Assembly (NCBI RefSeq): GCF_046119375.1
Contig: NW_027362768.1
Coordinates: forward strand, 30,566,001 to 30,630,000
Origin: Phyllobates terribilis
Taxonomy: Eukaryota
DNA length: 64,000 nt
Direction: 5' to 3'
Shown here: positions 50,801 to 61,848 of the stretch, one piece after another
Position numbering within the stretch: position 1 is the stretch's first letter
Layout of the letters: every line of letters starts with the position of its first letter
The notes under the pieces: model-generated
Told to the model about the DNA's origin: nothing
Database searches by the model: none
What the model saw: only the letters and a program-made list of their open reading frames with translations
Made by a program: the position numbers and the translations under genes

Positions 50801-53800
50801 TTTATTCCCATACGGTATATACCTCTCGCACTGAGTATTCAGAATTCTTTTGAAGGTTTCCCATCTACTATTCGTATTTCCTTGATTAAGAACTTTGTCC
50901 CAGTCTATAAGTTGAAGGTTTTCTTTCAGCTGATCAAACTTCGCCCTCCTAAAGTTTAATGTTTTAGTCGTTCCCTTATTGATAACCCTACTGAAGGGCA
51001 TTTTGAAATTGATAATATTATGATCGCTATTACCTAGGTGCCCCCCTATCTGTACCTCAGTTATTCTATCAGGCCTATTAGTCAATATTAAGTCCAACAC
51101 TGCCTTCCCTCTCGTTGGTTCCTGCACTAGTTGGGAGAGATAATTATCCTTGATATTTGTCAAGAACCTTTTTCCTTTCTGCGATCTACAGGTTTCTGTT
51201 TCCCAGTCAATATCCGGGTAGTTGAAGTCCCCCATTACAATCACCTCATTATGTTTTGCTACTTTGTCTATTTGTCCTAATAGCAGTTTCTCATTCTCCT
51301 CTGTTATATTGGGTGGCTTATAGCAGACCCCCAGTAATATTTTATTATTATTTTTTGCCCCCTCTATCTCTACCCACATGGACTCGACCCCCTCTTCTCC
51401 CTCTCCTATATCTTCCCTTAGTCTGGGCTTTAGACGTGACTTTACATATAAGCAGACTCCTCCGCCCTTCCCCTGTTTCCGGTCCCTTCTAAATAAACTA
51501 TAATCTGTTAAATTTACCGCCCAGTCGTAGCTATCGTCTAGCCAAGTCTCTGTTATACCTACGATGTCATACCTCTCCTCCGATATAAGCGCCCGCAGCT
51601 CATCCGCCTTATTGGTCAGGCTTCTTGCGTTGGTCAGCATGCAGGTGGGAACACCAGCTGGTGTTGAGCGCTGTCCGACATCGATAGCACCACCTTTGGA
51701 TCAAGGCAACCTAACATGTCCGCCTGCATCTTCCTCACAGACCGGCAGTTTGCCGGGGACACCCTTATCAACCCCGTCTAAGCACAATAGCCAGCCCTCG
51801 GTCCCTCAGATGTGGACAAGTAAAAGACCATTTCCTCCTAGCCATGAGAAAGCTAAGAGGTTGAATTTCACCATCTGCAAGCTCTTGGCTACAGAAATGC
51901 TGCCTTTCCGCCTGGTGGACACAGAGGATTTTCGAGACCTTATGTCCGTCGCAGTGCCCCAGTACCAGATGCCCAGTCGGCACTACTTCTCAAAGAAAGG
52001 TGTGCCTGCGCTCCACCAGCATGTCGCACACAACATCACCGCTTCTTTGAGAAACTCTGTGTGTGACAGGGTGCATTTCACCACAGACACTTGGACGAGT
52101 AGGCATGGACAGGGGCGTTACATGTCGCTGACTGGGCACTGGGTAACTATGGTGACAGCAGGACAAGGGGCTGCTGTCCAAGTCTTGCCGTCCCCACGAG
52201 TTGTGCGTCAATCCTCTTTATGTCAAAGTTCCTCCACTGCTTCTGCCTCCTCAACCTCCTCTCGGTCTTCCACCTGCACCCAAAGCCTGTCTGGTCATGC
52301 CACAAGCTTTCTAACTGCGCAGAAGGGATCCTGCACACCTCCTTACTATGCTGGCAGTAGGGCTCAACGTCATCAGGCGGTTTTTACATTGAAATGTCTG
52401 GGAAATGTGAGTCACACAGCTGAGGAGTTGTGGTCAGCTCTGGAGAACCAATTTCATGAATGGTTGTCTCCACTGGACCTGAAACCAGGGAAGGCCGTGT
52501 GCGACAATGCTGCAAACCTGGGTGCGGCCCTTCTCCGGGGCAATGTCACACACGTGCCTTGTATGGCTCACGTCTTGAACCTGGTTGTCCAGCAATTTTT
52601 AGCCCACTATCCCAGACTAGATGGCCTTCTGCAGAGGGCATGGTCGCTGTGTGCTCACTTCCGCCATTCGCATCCCACAGCTCAGCGACATACATCTCTA
52701 CAGAAGTCGTTGGGCTTGCCACTTCACCGGCTAAAATGCGATGTGCCTACCCGGTGGAATTCAACTCTGCACATGTTGCAGCGACTGTGGCAGCACCGAC
52801 AAGCCCTGGTGCAATACGTTCTGTCGTATAGCCTGGGCCAACGAGATTCAGAGGTGGGGCAAATCACGCTGGAGGAGTGGTCTCAGATCAGGGACCTATG
52901 CACCCTTCTGCACAGTTTTGAAATGGCGACGAAGATGTTTAGTGCTGACGATGCCATTATCAGCATGACTATTCCGGTGATTTACATGCTGGAGCACATG
53001 TTAAACAGAATTCGGAGTCAGGTGGTGGCACAAGAGGAGGTGGAGGAAGTAGAGGAGGAGGAGTTGTATGCGGAAGGGCTAACATCTGCAAGGTCCAGAC
53101 GGTCGGCAGCACCAAGGCGGCAGGCATGTGAGGGTGGGGGAGATGGTTTTACCAGGGCGCATGGTAGCAGCCAAACTAGTGAGGAAGGTGCAGGAGCCCA
53201 GGAAGAAGTGGAGGACGAACTGATGGAAGACTCATCAGATGAGGGAGACCTTGATCACATTTCTGTTGTTCGAGGTTGGGGGGAGAGGACAGAGGAAGGA
53301 AGCATGATTGTTACCTCGCCACCAACACAACAGGGACTTGGTGCTCCTGGATGCGCAACACACATGAGTGCCTTCTTGCTGCACTACCTGCAACATGACC
53401 CTCGAATTGTGAGAATTAGAAATAATCCTGACTACTGGGTTGCCACACTGTTAGATCCCCGGTACAAAAGTAAATTTGCAGAAATTATTCCTGCCATAGA
53501 AAGGGATGCACGCATGCAGGAGTATCAGCAGAGACTGTTGCAGAATCTTACATGTGCTTTTCCACAAAATACCAGTGGTGCACGTAGTGAATCTCACAGT
53601 TCCAACTTGCCAACCGTGGGACCGTCAAGTGTTCAGCACTCAAACCGTAACAGAACCACAGTATCTGCTGGTAACATCAATTTTGCGGAATCATTTCACC
53701 ACTTTTTTAGCCCATCCTTTGCAAGGCCACAGGAGACAAGAAGTCTGACACATAGTCAATGCCTAGAGACGATGGTACAGGAGTATCTCCAAGTAAACAT

Positions 53801-54071
53801 TGAAGCCACGACTGTGTCACTGGACCCTTGCTCTTTTTGGGCTTCCAATCTGGATAAATGGCCGGAGCTAGCCACTTACGCCTTGGAGATCTTGTCATGC
53901 CCCGCAGCCAGCGTTCTGTCTGAACGTGTGTTCAGCGCTGCTGGTGGTGTGCTGACAGATAAGCGCACGCGGCTCTCCACTGATAATGTAGACAGACTCA
54001 CGTTCATAAAGATGAACAAATCATGGATCCGAAATGACTTTTCTACCCCTGTGTCATCCTGGGGAGAGTAA
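47806..54071 (+). pseudogene. hAT transposase of copy C (47806-49082 + 51647-54071), disrupted
   Basis: TGG>TAG at 48433-48435 and the CR1 insertion. Confidence 0.93.
49083..51642 (-). mobile_element. CR1-clade LINE, 5' truncated, internally deleted
   Basis: APE endonuclease (TNARSL, GITETW, MGDFNYPDIDW, LDLILTN, SDHN); RT (YRPVSLTS, YLDFSKAFD, SGVPQGSVLG); C-terminus LFSLEKRRLRGD; (ACTATGTA)n tail at 49081-49099; AGGT duplicated at 49079-49082 and 51643-51646; +1 frameshift in the A8 run at 50460-50467. Confidence 0.95.
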
Positions 54072-57000
54072 AAGCTTGATGATTGGTTAAAATCACCCTA
54101 CCAACCGTTTTAAGCTTTCAAATTACTAATCATGTTTATCTGTATCTTGACTGGAAAATAATTTGGGCTTTGTAGCAGTGTGCAGCACTGATCCTATTAG
54201 GCCATCTATACTAAAGCTTCACCAGATTTAAAATTAAAAATAATTTTTAGCTGCATCTAGCCCGGAAAATAATTTTGGGGCTCCGAGATGCGCAAGACAC
54301 ATAAGTGCCTTCTTGCTGCACTACCTGCAGCATGACCCTCATATTGTCAGAATTCGAAGTAATCATGACTACTGGGTTGCCACACTCTTAGATCCCCCAA
54401 ACTTTTCGATCAACCTTTTCATTTTAATAAAGACCAAAAAAATGGTCATTTTTGAAATTATAAGTATTAGCAGGTTGTTAGAAACTGAAATCAAACAGTT
54501 TTCAACTCAAAACTTTATTCTAGGTGATGTTACATTTTCACATAGGACCCCTTGTTCGAAAGGAGCTTCTGAACTCTCTCGTCCATTGAATTTGTCAGGT
54601 TTTGGATGGTTTCTGCTTCAATTGTTTTGCATGAGGACAGAATACCCTCCCAGAGCTGTTGCTTAGATGTGAACTGCCTCCCGCCATCATAGACACTCCT
54701 TTTAATGATGCTCCAAAGGTTCTGAATGGGGTAGAGGTCAGGGGAGCATGGGGGTCACACCATAAGTTTGTCCCCTTTTATGCCCATATCAGCCAGAGAT
54801 GCAGATGTTTTATGTGCAGCATGAGATGGTGCATTATCATGCAGAAAAATGATCTTGCTGTGAAATTCACGGTTCTTCTTCTTGAACCATGGCAGGAAGT
54901 GCTGTTTGAGAAAATCCACATACATTATGGAGTTCATCTTTAGCGCCTTCAGGGATCCTAAAGGGGCCGACAATCTCTCTCCCCATGATTCCAGCCCAAA
55001 ACATTACTCCACCTCCTCCTTGTTGGCGCTGTAGCCGTGTTTGCGTGGGGTGTCCATCAACCAGCCATCCTCCACTCCATCCATCTGGACCATCGAGCGC
55101 TGCACGGCACTCGTCCGTGAACAAAACTGTTTTGAAATCAGTCTTCATGTAATGTTTGGCCCACTGGAGCCGTTTCTGCTTGTGTGAAGTGGATAGAGGA
55201 GGTCGACAGGATGGCGTATGCACAGCTGCAAACCTCTGAAGGACCCTGGATCTTGTTGTTCGGGGGACGTTGGAGGCACAAGCAGCTTCAAAAACTTGTC
55301 TGCTGCTATGACAAGGCTTTTTTGCCGCTGCTCTTTCAACCTGACGTAATTGCCTGTAGGAAAGAGTCCTCAATTTGCCCTTATCAGCACGCACACGTGT
55401 GTACTGTGAATCAGCTACATACTTCTTGATTGCCAAGACACTTCATCCTGATCATCGCACAATGTTGATTGTAGTCATGCCTTGACCTAAACACTCCACA
55501 ATTTGTTGCTTCTCAGCAGCCGACACATCCTTTTTCTTTCCCATTTTGGCAGAAAATGTAGGCTGCTTAATAATTTGAGAGAGCCTTCTTAAGTAGTCTT
55601 GCCTTTCATTGGACACACCTGCCAAACTAATTAGCACAGGTGTCTGCAATTGCTTACAGTGATATAAAGAGCCCTGACACACATCACCATCAATGAGTTT
55701 AACTGACAAACAAACAAATTCTTCCCTTATCACTCCTAAACACTTTTTGCATAATAATTTGGAACGCAGTGTACATGTGCTTTTCCACAAAACACCAGCG
55801 GTTCACGTAGTGAATCTTACAGTTCTAACTTGCCAACCGTGGTCTGTATGGAGTTGTTCAATAAAGGGCCCAAAATTAAGATAACATAGATGGGAGAGGT
55901 CTCTATGAATAGGAATTCCTAAGTATTTGATACCCTGTGAGGGCCAGGCAAAGGGAAAGTTGGACTGGATGGAATCCTATATGGATTTGGGGAGGGAGAC
56001 ATCGAGGGCCTCAGACTTCGCTGCATTGATTTTAAAATTTGACCATGTAACAAAGTGATCTATTTCAGCCATAACAGCATGGATGGATATATGTGATTGA
56101 GTGATATATACTAGGACATCATCAGCAAATAGAGAGCACTTGTACTCGGTTCCTCCCACCTCAATCCACCTAATATTGGGGTTATGGCGAATTGATGAGA
56201 GCAGGTGCTCCGTCACTAGGATGTATAAGAGAGGGGACAGAGGACATCCCTGCCTTGTCCCATTGGTGATTGTGAAAGGTGATGAAAATGTTCTGACGCA
56301 CCCCCTGGGCCTTGGGACACTCGGAGCCGGACCCTTTTTGGTGGATGCTGGTGGTTGTAGTCTTCGTGGCGGCGACCCGGTTCCGTGGCTCAGGGCGGTC
56401 AAACCAGTGGCGGAACTATTTATGTGGTTTTGATGTTTAAATGTACGACTACGCCACCCGTGGATTGCGGTCAGAGTGAACCGCCGCTACAGGGCAGACC
56501 GCTGAGGCTGGTGTTGTGGGTGCAGCAGAGCGTAGCATAACTCCCCACGGGAGGAGTATAGCCTCAGGGCAGTGTATGCGGAGGATGGGGGTGATGGTGC
56601 AGGGCAGCAGCAGTAACGACACGGAGTCAGTGATGCAGTTCAGGGCCTTTACTCACAGTTCTTATTATCCAGACCACGTCTGCAGGTAACGGCTGCCCAC
56701 GTCATACTGTGCTCACCAGGTGAGGGGCTCAGACAACTCCCAGATAACTTTGGAGCACTTCACAGGACCCCCTTTGTGTGTCCTTTGTCTGGCCTTTCTT
56801 ACCAACACTTCTGTCCGGCTGCCTCGGGCCTCCTCTTGGTAAACTTGGCGCCAGTTTCCCTGACCCTATGTGGTGCCTTCCTAGCGGGTGTAGCGAGGGG
56901 CTGCGCCACATAAAATGTCAGAGCCTCCGGTTTCTAGCTGAGGGTCGTTTCCTGCCTCCACTAGTTTCGGGGACCGGTCTCCCCCTTTGGCCTGACCCCT

Positions 57001-57671
57001 CCACGCAGGTGGATTCGGGCGTGCGGTGGTGACTCGCCCGTCCGCACCCCTCATGCAGAGCCCCTGCTCCCTGCCACTACTGCTCAGACTTCTCTGCACT
57101 GAACTAAGATGGTGCCCACCTTTTATACTCCCTTCTCAATGCACCCAGGAACTGCTTCCTCCCTGCTCCTGCACTACAGGGTTCCCCTTCCTCAGTGTTC
57201 CCTCCCCCCACTCCAGCCAGGGACAGGGACTGTCGTGCCCATCTCAGGGGCATATTGGTCGCCCTGCCCCACGGCAATGTGGTGTAAAGCATGCAGGTGT
57301 CGGGTCCTGATCCACACTCCATCCTTACCTGAGAGTGAGATATCACACCTCTGGGTGAGGTGCAATACGTCTGTAGCAACCGAGCCCTCAGGGTGCTACA
57401 GTTCCATTTATCTTCAGCCTAAGTGACGTATTGTGATACAGGGCCGTGATTTTGGCTCTAAAATGGTCCCCTAGACCCCTACCCCAAGCTTTTTAAGAGA
57501 ATCATATATGGCGTGCCAGGAGACTCTATGGAATGCTTTCTCAGCATCCAACGAGAGTATCTAATTACAAATTTTTAACTGCATCTAGCCCAGGAAATAC
57601 TTTGTGCCTAGTAGCAGTGTCTGCTAGTCAGCGGATTATCCCGGCTGTTAAGCAAGCTACACCACCTGTAG

Positions 57672-57942
57672 TTTAGACACTTAATTTTTTCAAAGGAAAT
57701 GCTTCGGGACCATGGGATACTTAGTGAAGAGCATCGGGAGGCACCCCAAGGCATAGGGGCTGGGACTGGCAGTAGGATGCCTTGCGGTGGACAGCCGAGC
57801 TCGATCCTTATTAAAGCTTTTTAACTGCTGCAACTTTAGTGGACGCTACTGGAGCTGGAATTACGCGGCTGCTGGCATGAGACTTGCCCTCCAATAGATC
57901 CTTGTAAATGGATTTAAAGTGTATTCATTCAAATTAGAGAGA
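57672..57942 (-). pseudogene. Cargo: degraded 18S rRNA fragment, copy C
   Basis: Near-identical to 21667-21937. Confidence 0.9.
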
Positions 57943-58597
57943 CAATTTAAATTAAAAAGCTTAGAGCTGCCTCCACCACAGGGGGGCTCGCTCGACCCAC
58001 CAGCGGACAGGCACCAGTATTGGGAGAGGGGGGCTGGCCATCAGGGTTCACCGCGGCTCTGGCACAAACCCGGCGACACGGAGGTGGCACGGGCAGGAGC
58101 GGACTGGCCGTGTCGGCTTCTCACTTTTTGGATTTTAGAAGGGCATGACATGCCTATATCTGTGTCTCCCCCTCCTTTTACTCCTCCACCTCTTTTATTT
58201 TCGCATGACTATATGTACTTGTCACTTTTCCATGTGTTAGTTGTGTCTTCTGAGCAGTTTGTCAGCTTTTGGACACCTTTGAAGGTGTTTTCTATGTGTT
58301 TCTATGTGTTTTTGTTTGCCTGCCATTGGTTTTAACGGTGTTCGAAGGTGTTCGACGAACAGTTCGGCGAACACACGGGTGTTCGACGAACCGAACTCGA
58401 ACACTACGGGGGTGGCTCAACACTACCCTGCAGCTGTTGGGAAAATGTAACTACCAGCAGGACATGATGGCAGATAACATTTCACAACAGCTGGAGTATC
58501 GCAGGTTGCTGACCCCTTGTCTACAGCTACACTTTTTGTCATCACTTGTAGTTTAAGACTTCTTTATTAGTTTCTATTTCTGCTTCATGTTTTTCAG

Positions 58598-58798
58598 ATT
58601 TTGACTCATGCCAACTGTCAATGGATAAAATTGTACAGAATAATTTGGTCATATCTAAGAGTGTATCTATTGGGAAAGCCTATAACAATGGTGATTATAT
58701 CCTCTCTCGATGTAAAGCCAATCATTATCGTGCATCCCCAACTTTGAAAGTGGAATGTTTAAATGGTGAAATAATCTATCCAAAATGTACTCAGGAAA
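58598..58798 (+). CDS. Exon encoding one sushi/CCP domain (factor H CCP20 / F13B-like subtype)
   Basis: Acceptor TTTTTCAG ending 58597; GTAAG donor at 58799; 201 bp, phase 1-1. Translates FDSCQLSMDKIVQNNLVISKSVSIGKAYNNGDYILSRCKANHYRASPTLKVECLNGEIIYPKCTQE. Confidence 0.88.
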
Positions 58799-59299
58799 GT
58801 AAGTATATTGTTTTCTGTGTTTAGTTAAACTTTTTAGACATTAGTAAAAAAACACTTAAGGAGAGACCTGTCAGTCTAAGGGATGGGGTCGGGGAAATAT
58901 CACTTGGGACTGGACACTTGGAAAAGTCATCTGATACATTTAGTTCACGGCAGGCATTTCAAAGTATGCTTTTTTTCTGAAACACTGCAGTGTTTCAGAG
59001 TTCAGTGGGAAACATACACGACTGCAATAACACAACCAGTGTCTAATTCTTACTGGGATGGTTCCGTCACTATGAAACTACTGTAAGGATCAGTTTAAAT
59101 CTGTGAAATATGCATATACTGCACATCGGGGTTTCCATTAAATCTTCTAAAAACAGGATTTAGACAGAACCCTTGATGAAACCATTCACTGCAATGAGGC
59201 AGATTGAGTCACTTTAGACTCCATCTGGCCTTTTTCCAGGTGGTCGCCCATCTTTTTAGGAATACACAAAAGTTCAATTGAAAAAAAGAGAGAAGAAAA

Positions 59300-60230
59300 G
59301 CGCGCTGTGTGAAGGACCAGATGGACAATTTAAGAGTTGAAGACAGCCAAGAGGCCACTCAGCTGCTGGGGTTGTGCACCCCTGCACAACTCCGGTGACT
59401 GCCACAAGATGGGGAGAGGAGACAAGGTGAGCCTCACTGCGTGGTGCAGGCCGGTGAGCTTGCCACGTGCTGTGTGCTGCGGACAGCTGGCTGTGCCCGC
59501 CACTTCCGGGTTGGCCGCAACCTCGTGACTCAGGACTGAATGCGCGTCAGCGCAGGTCCTGTGAGTCTGGGAGAAGGCGGCACCCTTGTCGCAGGTCCTC
59601 AATTAATGAGTGAGATGGTTGCAGGGATGATTGGGAAAATGATCCAAAAAGCTGCTCCTGACGCTGACCCCCAAGAGGGATTAAAAACTATGTGAGGAGA
59701 AAAAAAGAGTGTGGTCTATGGAGCGCTGGAGTGATCACTGGAACAGGCAGATTGGGGCTAAAAACATTTAATAAGCCCTTTCCACAATGTGTTTCGATAG
59801 TAAACTATCTTCATCAGGTGGTACAAGGGTATGAGCATAGAATAAAATATATATAGATAAAGCTTCACAATAATAGGTTGGTATACTAATTGGTCTTACA
59901 ATGATTGGTTAAACTGCTGATTAATTGAACCTGAGTTCACAAGGAACACTTCATGTGCCGGTGTGTATGTGCCTTAAAGCCGCACATAGACAACCTTCAC
60001 ATGAATTCAAAGATCAAGAACACATTGGATAAGACGTGAAATATAGTAATACATATTAATAAACAATATGAAAAAATACATTATTAGTATAAAATACACA
60101 CACAAAAAAATTCAAAAGATAAAAATTTTGTTGTGTTGTGACATATGAAAATAATGATGAAGGAAAAAGAGAAGAGAGGGAAAAGGGGGGGGGGGTAGAA
60201 TGAGTGGAAACAATATGAAGGGGGAAGGAC
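59300..60230 (-). mobile_element. Probable PLE pseudo-LTR, inverted relative to the adjacent PLE ORF
   Basis: Contains a minus-strand hammerhead motif and abuts the + strand PLE RT. Boundaries approximate. Confidence 0.55.
59782..59821 (-). ncRNA. Minimal hammerhead ribozyme motif (decayed)
   Basis: Minus strand: ccac CTGATGA a gatag-ttta-ctatc GAAA cacatt gtgg. CGCG has decayed to CACA. Confidence 0.75.
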
Positions 60231-61490
60231 AAAATCACTAAGAGCTGATCACATTTTCAAGGGCCAAATTCAGACCTTCAGGGGCTAATGTGCCCAATTT
60301 GAAAATTCAAAAAACTTTACCTTCACAGAACCCCCCTCCCCCACAACTAATTCAGAGGTTGAACCAGTGCATGTAGATGTACATGGATATTCGAGTAAAT
60401 TCTGTCCATTACATCATAAAGGTTCTCATATTGAAACATTTCAACAACTCATTCTAAAGGACATTCGGTCCTTTGAGCATCTAAAAATTAGGGATAATTT
60501 AAGTCCTGGTGAAAGACGGGCCATTACTTCACTGAGGAACAATCAAAATCTTATCATTAAGAGTGCAGATAAGGGGGGTGTAGTATTAATGAACAGAGGC
60601 TGGTATCTTGGGGAGGGAAGAAGAATCTTGAATGATTATGATTATTATGAAACGTTATCCCATGACCCTTCGGTTTGATATTCCTGAAATACAAGGAACT
60701 TATTAAAAACGCACATGCTAATAGTCTTTTTAAAAAAAAGAGAAGAAATTTTTAGATATAACACAATTCAGGGTCCCCTTCTTCTATTTCCTCCCCAAGA
60801 TACACAAAAGCCCTACAAACCCCCCCGGCCGCCCAATCATCTCGGGAATTGGTTCTATTACTAGCAATCTCTCCCATTATGTTGATCTCTTTCTTCAGAA
60901 ATATGTCCTCAAACTTGATGCATACCTGAGAGAATCTTCTCAACTGATTAAGCTCCTAAGAGGTCTCCACCCCATGAACAATTGTCTCATTTTGACCCTT
61001 GATGTCAGTGCCCTTTACAGCAATATGTAAAGAGAGGAGAGAACAAGGCACAATGGGTGACTCAGTATTGCAATTGTTAGAGGGGTGTGGGAATGGCTAC
61101 TAACCTTATGAAGTTGTGCACCTCTGCACAACCCCAGTGTAAAGCTCCACAAGCTCCGCTCTGTTGGTGGCTGTGAGCTAATTCCAGCAGCGTTCACAGA
61201 TCCTGATCTCACGGTGTTGGATCACGTGGTCAGGTTAGTTGCATGTAACGCCGAGATGGACGCCCAGCTTCACCAACACCCCCGGCAGCGTTCCTGAGGG
61301 GTTAGGGCAGCGCATTTTGGAAAACCAGGGTAGTAATTCTAATTAAATTCCTCCCACAGGTGAAAGAACAATTAATTAAAGGCAGCTCTACCGCACCCCA
61401 ACAAGGGGAAGGGACAATCAGTAAATGTGAATAGCAGTACCAGAGCGCCAATAACAGGGCAAAAATATTAAAAGGACTGATTTATTAATA

Positions 61491-61532
61491 CACACAACGC
61501 GTTTCGGTGGACACAGCCACCTTCATCAGGTG
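61491..61532 (-). ncRNA. Minimal type I hammerhead ribozyme motif, core intact
   Basis: Minus strand: cac CTGATGA a ggtgg-ctgtgt-ccacc GAAA CGCG TT gtg; palindromic ACGCGT stem III; GUU triplet. Confidence 0.85.
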
Positions 61533-61533
61533 A

Positions 61534-61575
61534 CACCTGATGAAGGTGGCATTGTCCTTCGAAACGAGTTATGTG
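61534..61575 (+). ncRNA. Inverted, mutated copy of the hammerhead motif
   Basis: cac CTGATGA a ggtgg-cattgt-ccttc GAAA CGAG TT atg; stems I, II and III each carry mismatches. Confidence 0.65.
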
Positions 61576-61848
61576 TATTAATAAATCAGTCCTTTTAATA
61601 TTTTTGCCCTGTTATTGGTGCTCTGTTACCGCTATTCACATTTACATTACAGCAATATATCCCATGAATTGGGGTTGAAAGCGGTCGAACATTTTTTGTC
61701 AACCGATACCAATATTCCAGCTGAGCAAAAGAACTTTCTCAAAACATCTATTATGTTCATACTAAACAATAATGTATTCACTTTTGAAGGGGTGGTTTAC
61801 CGTCAGATAAGGTGCTGTGCGATGAGGACGAGATTCACCCCCAGTTAC

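Larger units (their letters stand above)
46048..58425 (+). mobile_element. Composite hAT transposon copy C, both TIRs present
   Basis: TAGAGATGAGC at 46048; GCTCAACACTA ending 58425; perfect TSD CCCTGCAG at 46040-46047 and 58426-58433. Confidence 0.97.
46020..58517. mobile_element. Small hAT MITE (46020-46047 + 58426-58517) split by copy C
   Basis: TIR CAGGGGTCAGCAACCT / AGGTTGCTGACCCCT, with an inner CAGCTGTTG/CAACAGCTG palindrome. Confidence 0.8.
61027..61646. mobile_element. 620-bp non-coding insert with inverted hammerhead pair (non-autonomous PLE derivative / retrozyme-like)
   Basis: 12-bp TSD TTACAGCAATAT at 61015-61026 and 61647-61658; removing it restores LYSNISHELG. Terminal palindrome 61421-61645. 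Confidence 0.85.
60240..61848 (+). pseudogene. Penelope-like reverse transcriptase, disrupted
   Basis: NLSPGERRAI..LIIKSADKGG; FYFLPKIHK..PPGRPIISGIGS; TLDVSALYSN|ISHELG; NNVFTFEGVVYRQ..AM..F.PSY. Has stops and frameshifts, is split by 61027-61646 and is cut by the hAT at 61849. Confidence 0.9.

Noticed and set aside
51564-51646. N-terminus of the 835-aa ORF 51564-54071
   Set aside because: Antisense CR1 sequence fused in frame to the copy C transposase remainder; no evidence of use.
8583-58425. Apparent mosaicism or gene conversion among hAT copies A, B and C (different pairs share variants in different regions)
   Set aside because: With three copies and no outgroup, any private mutation makes the other two look alike, so this is not evidence of recombination.
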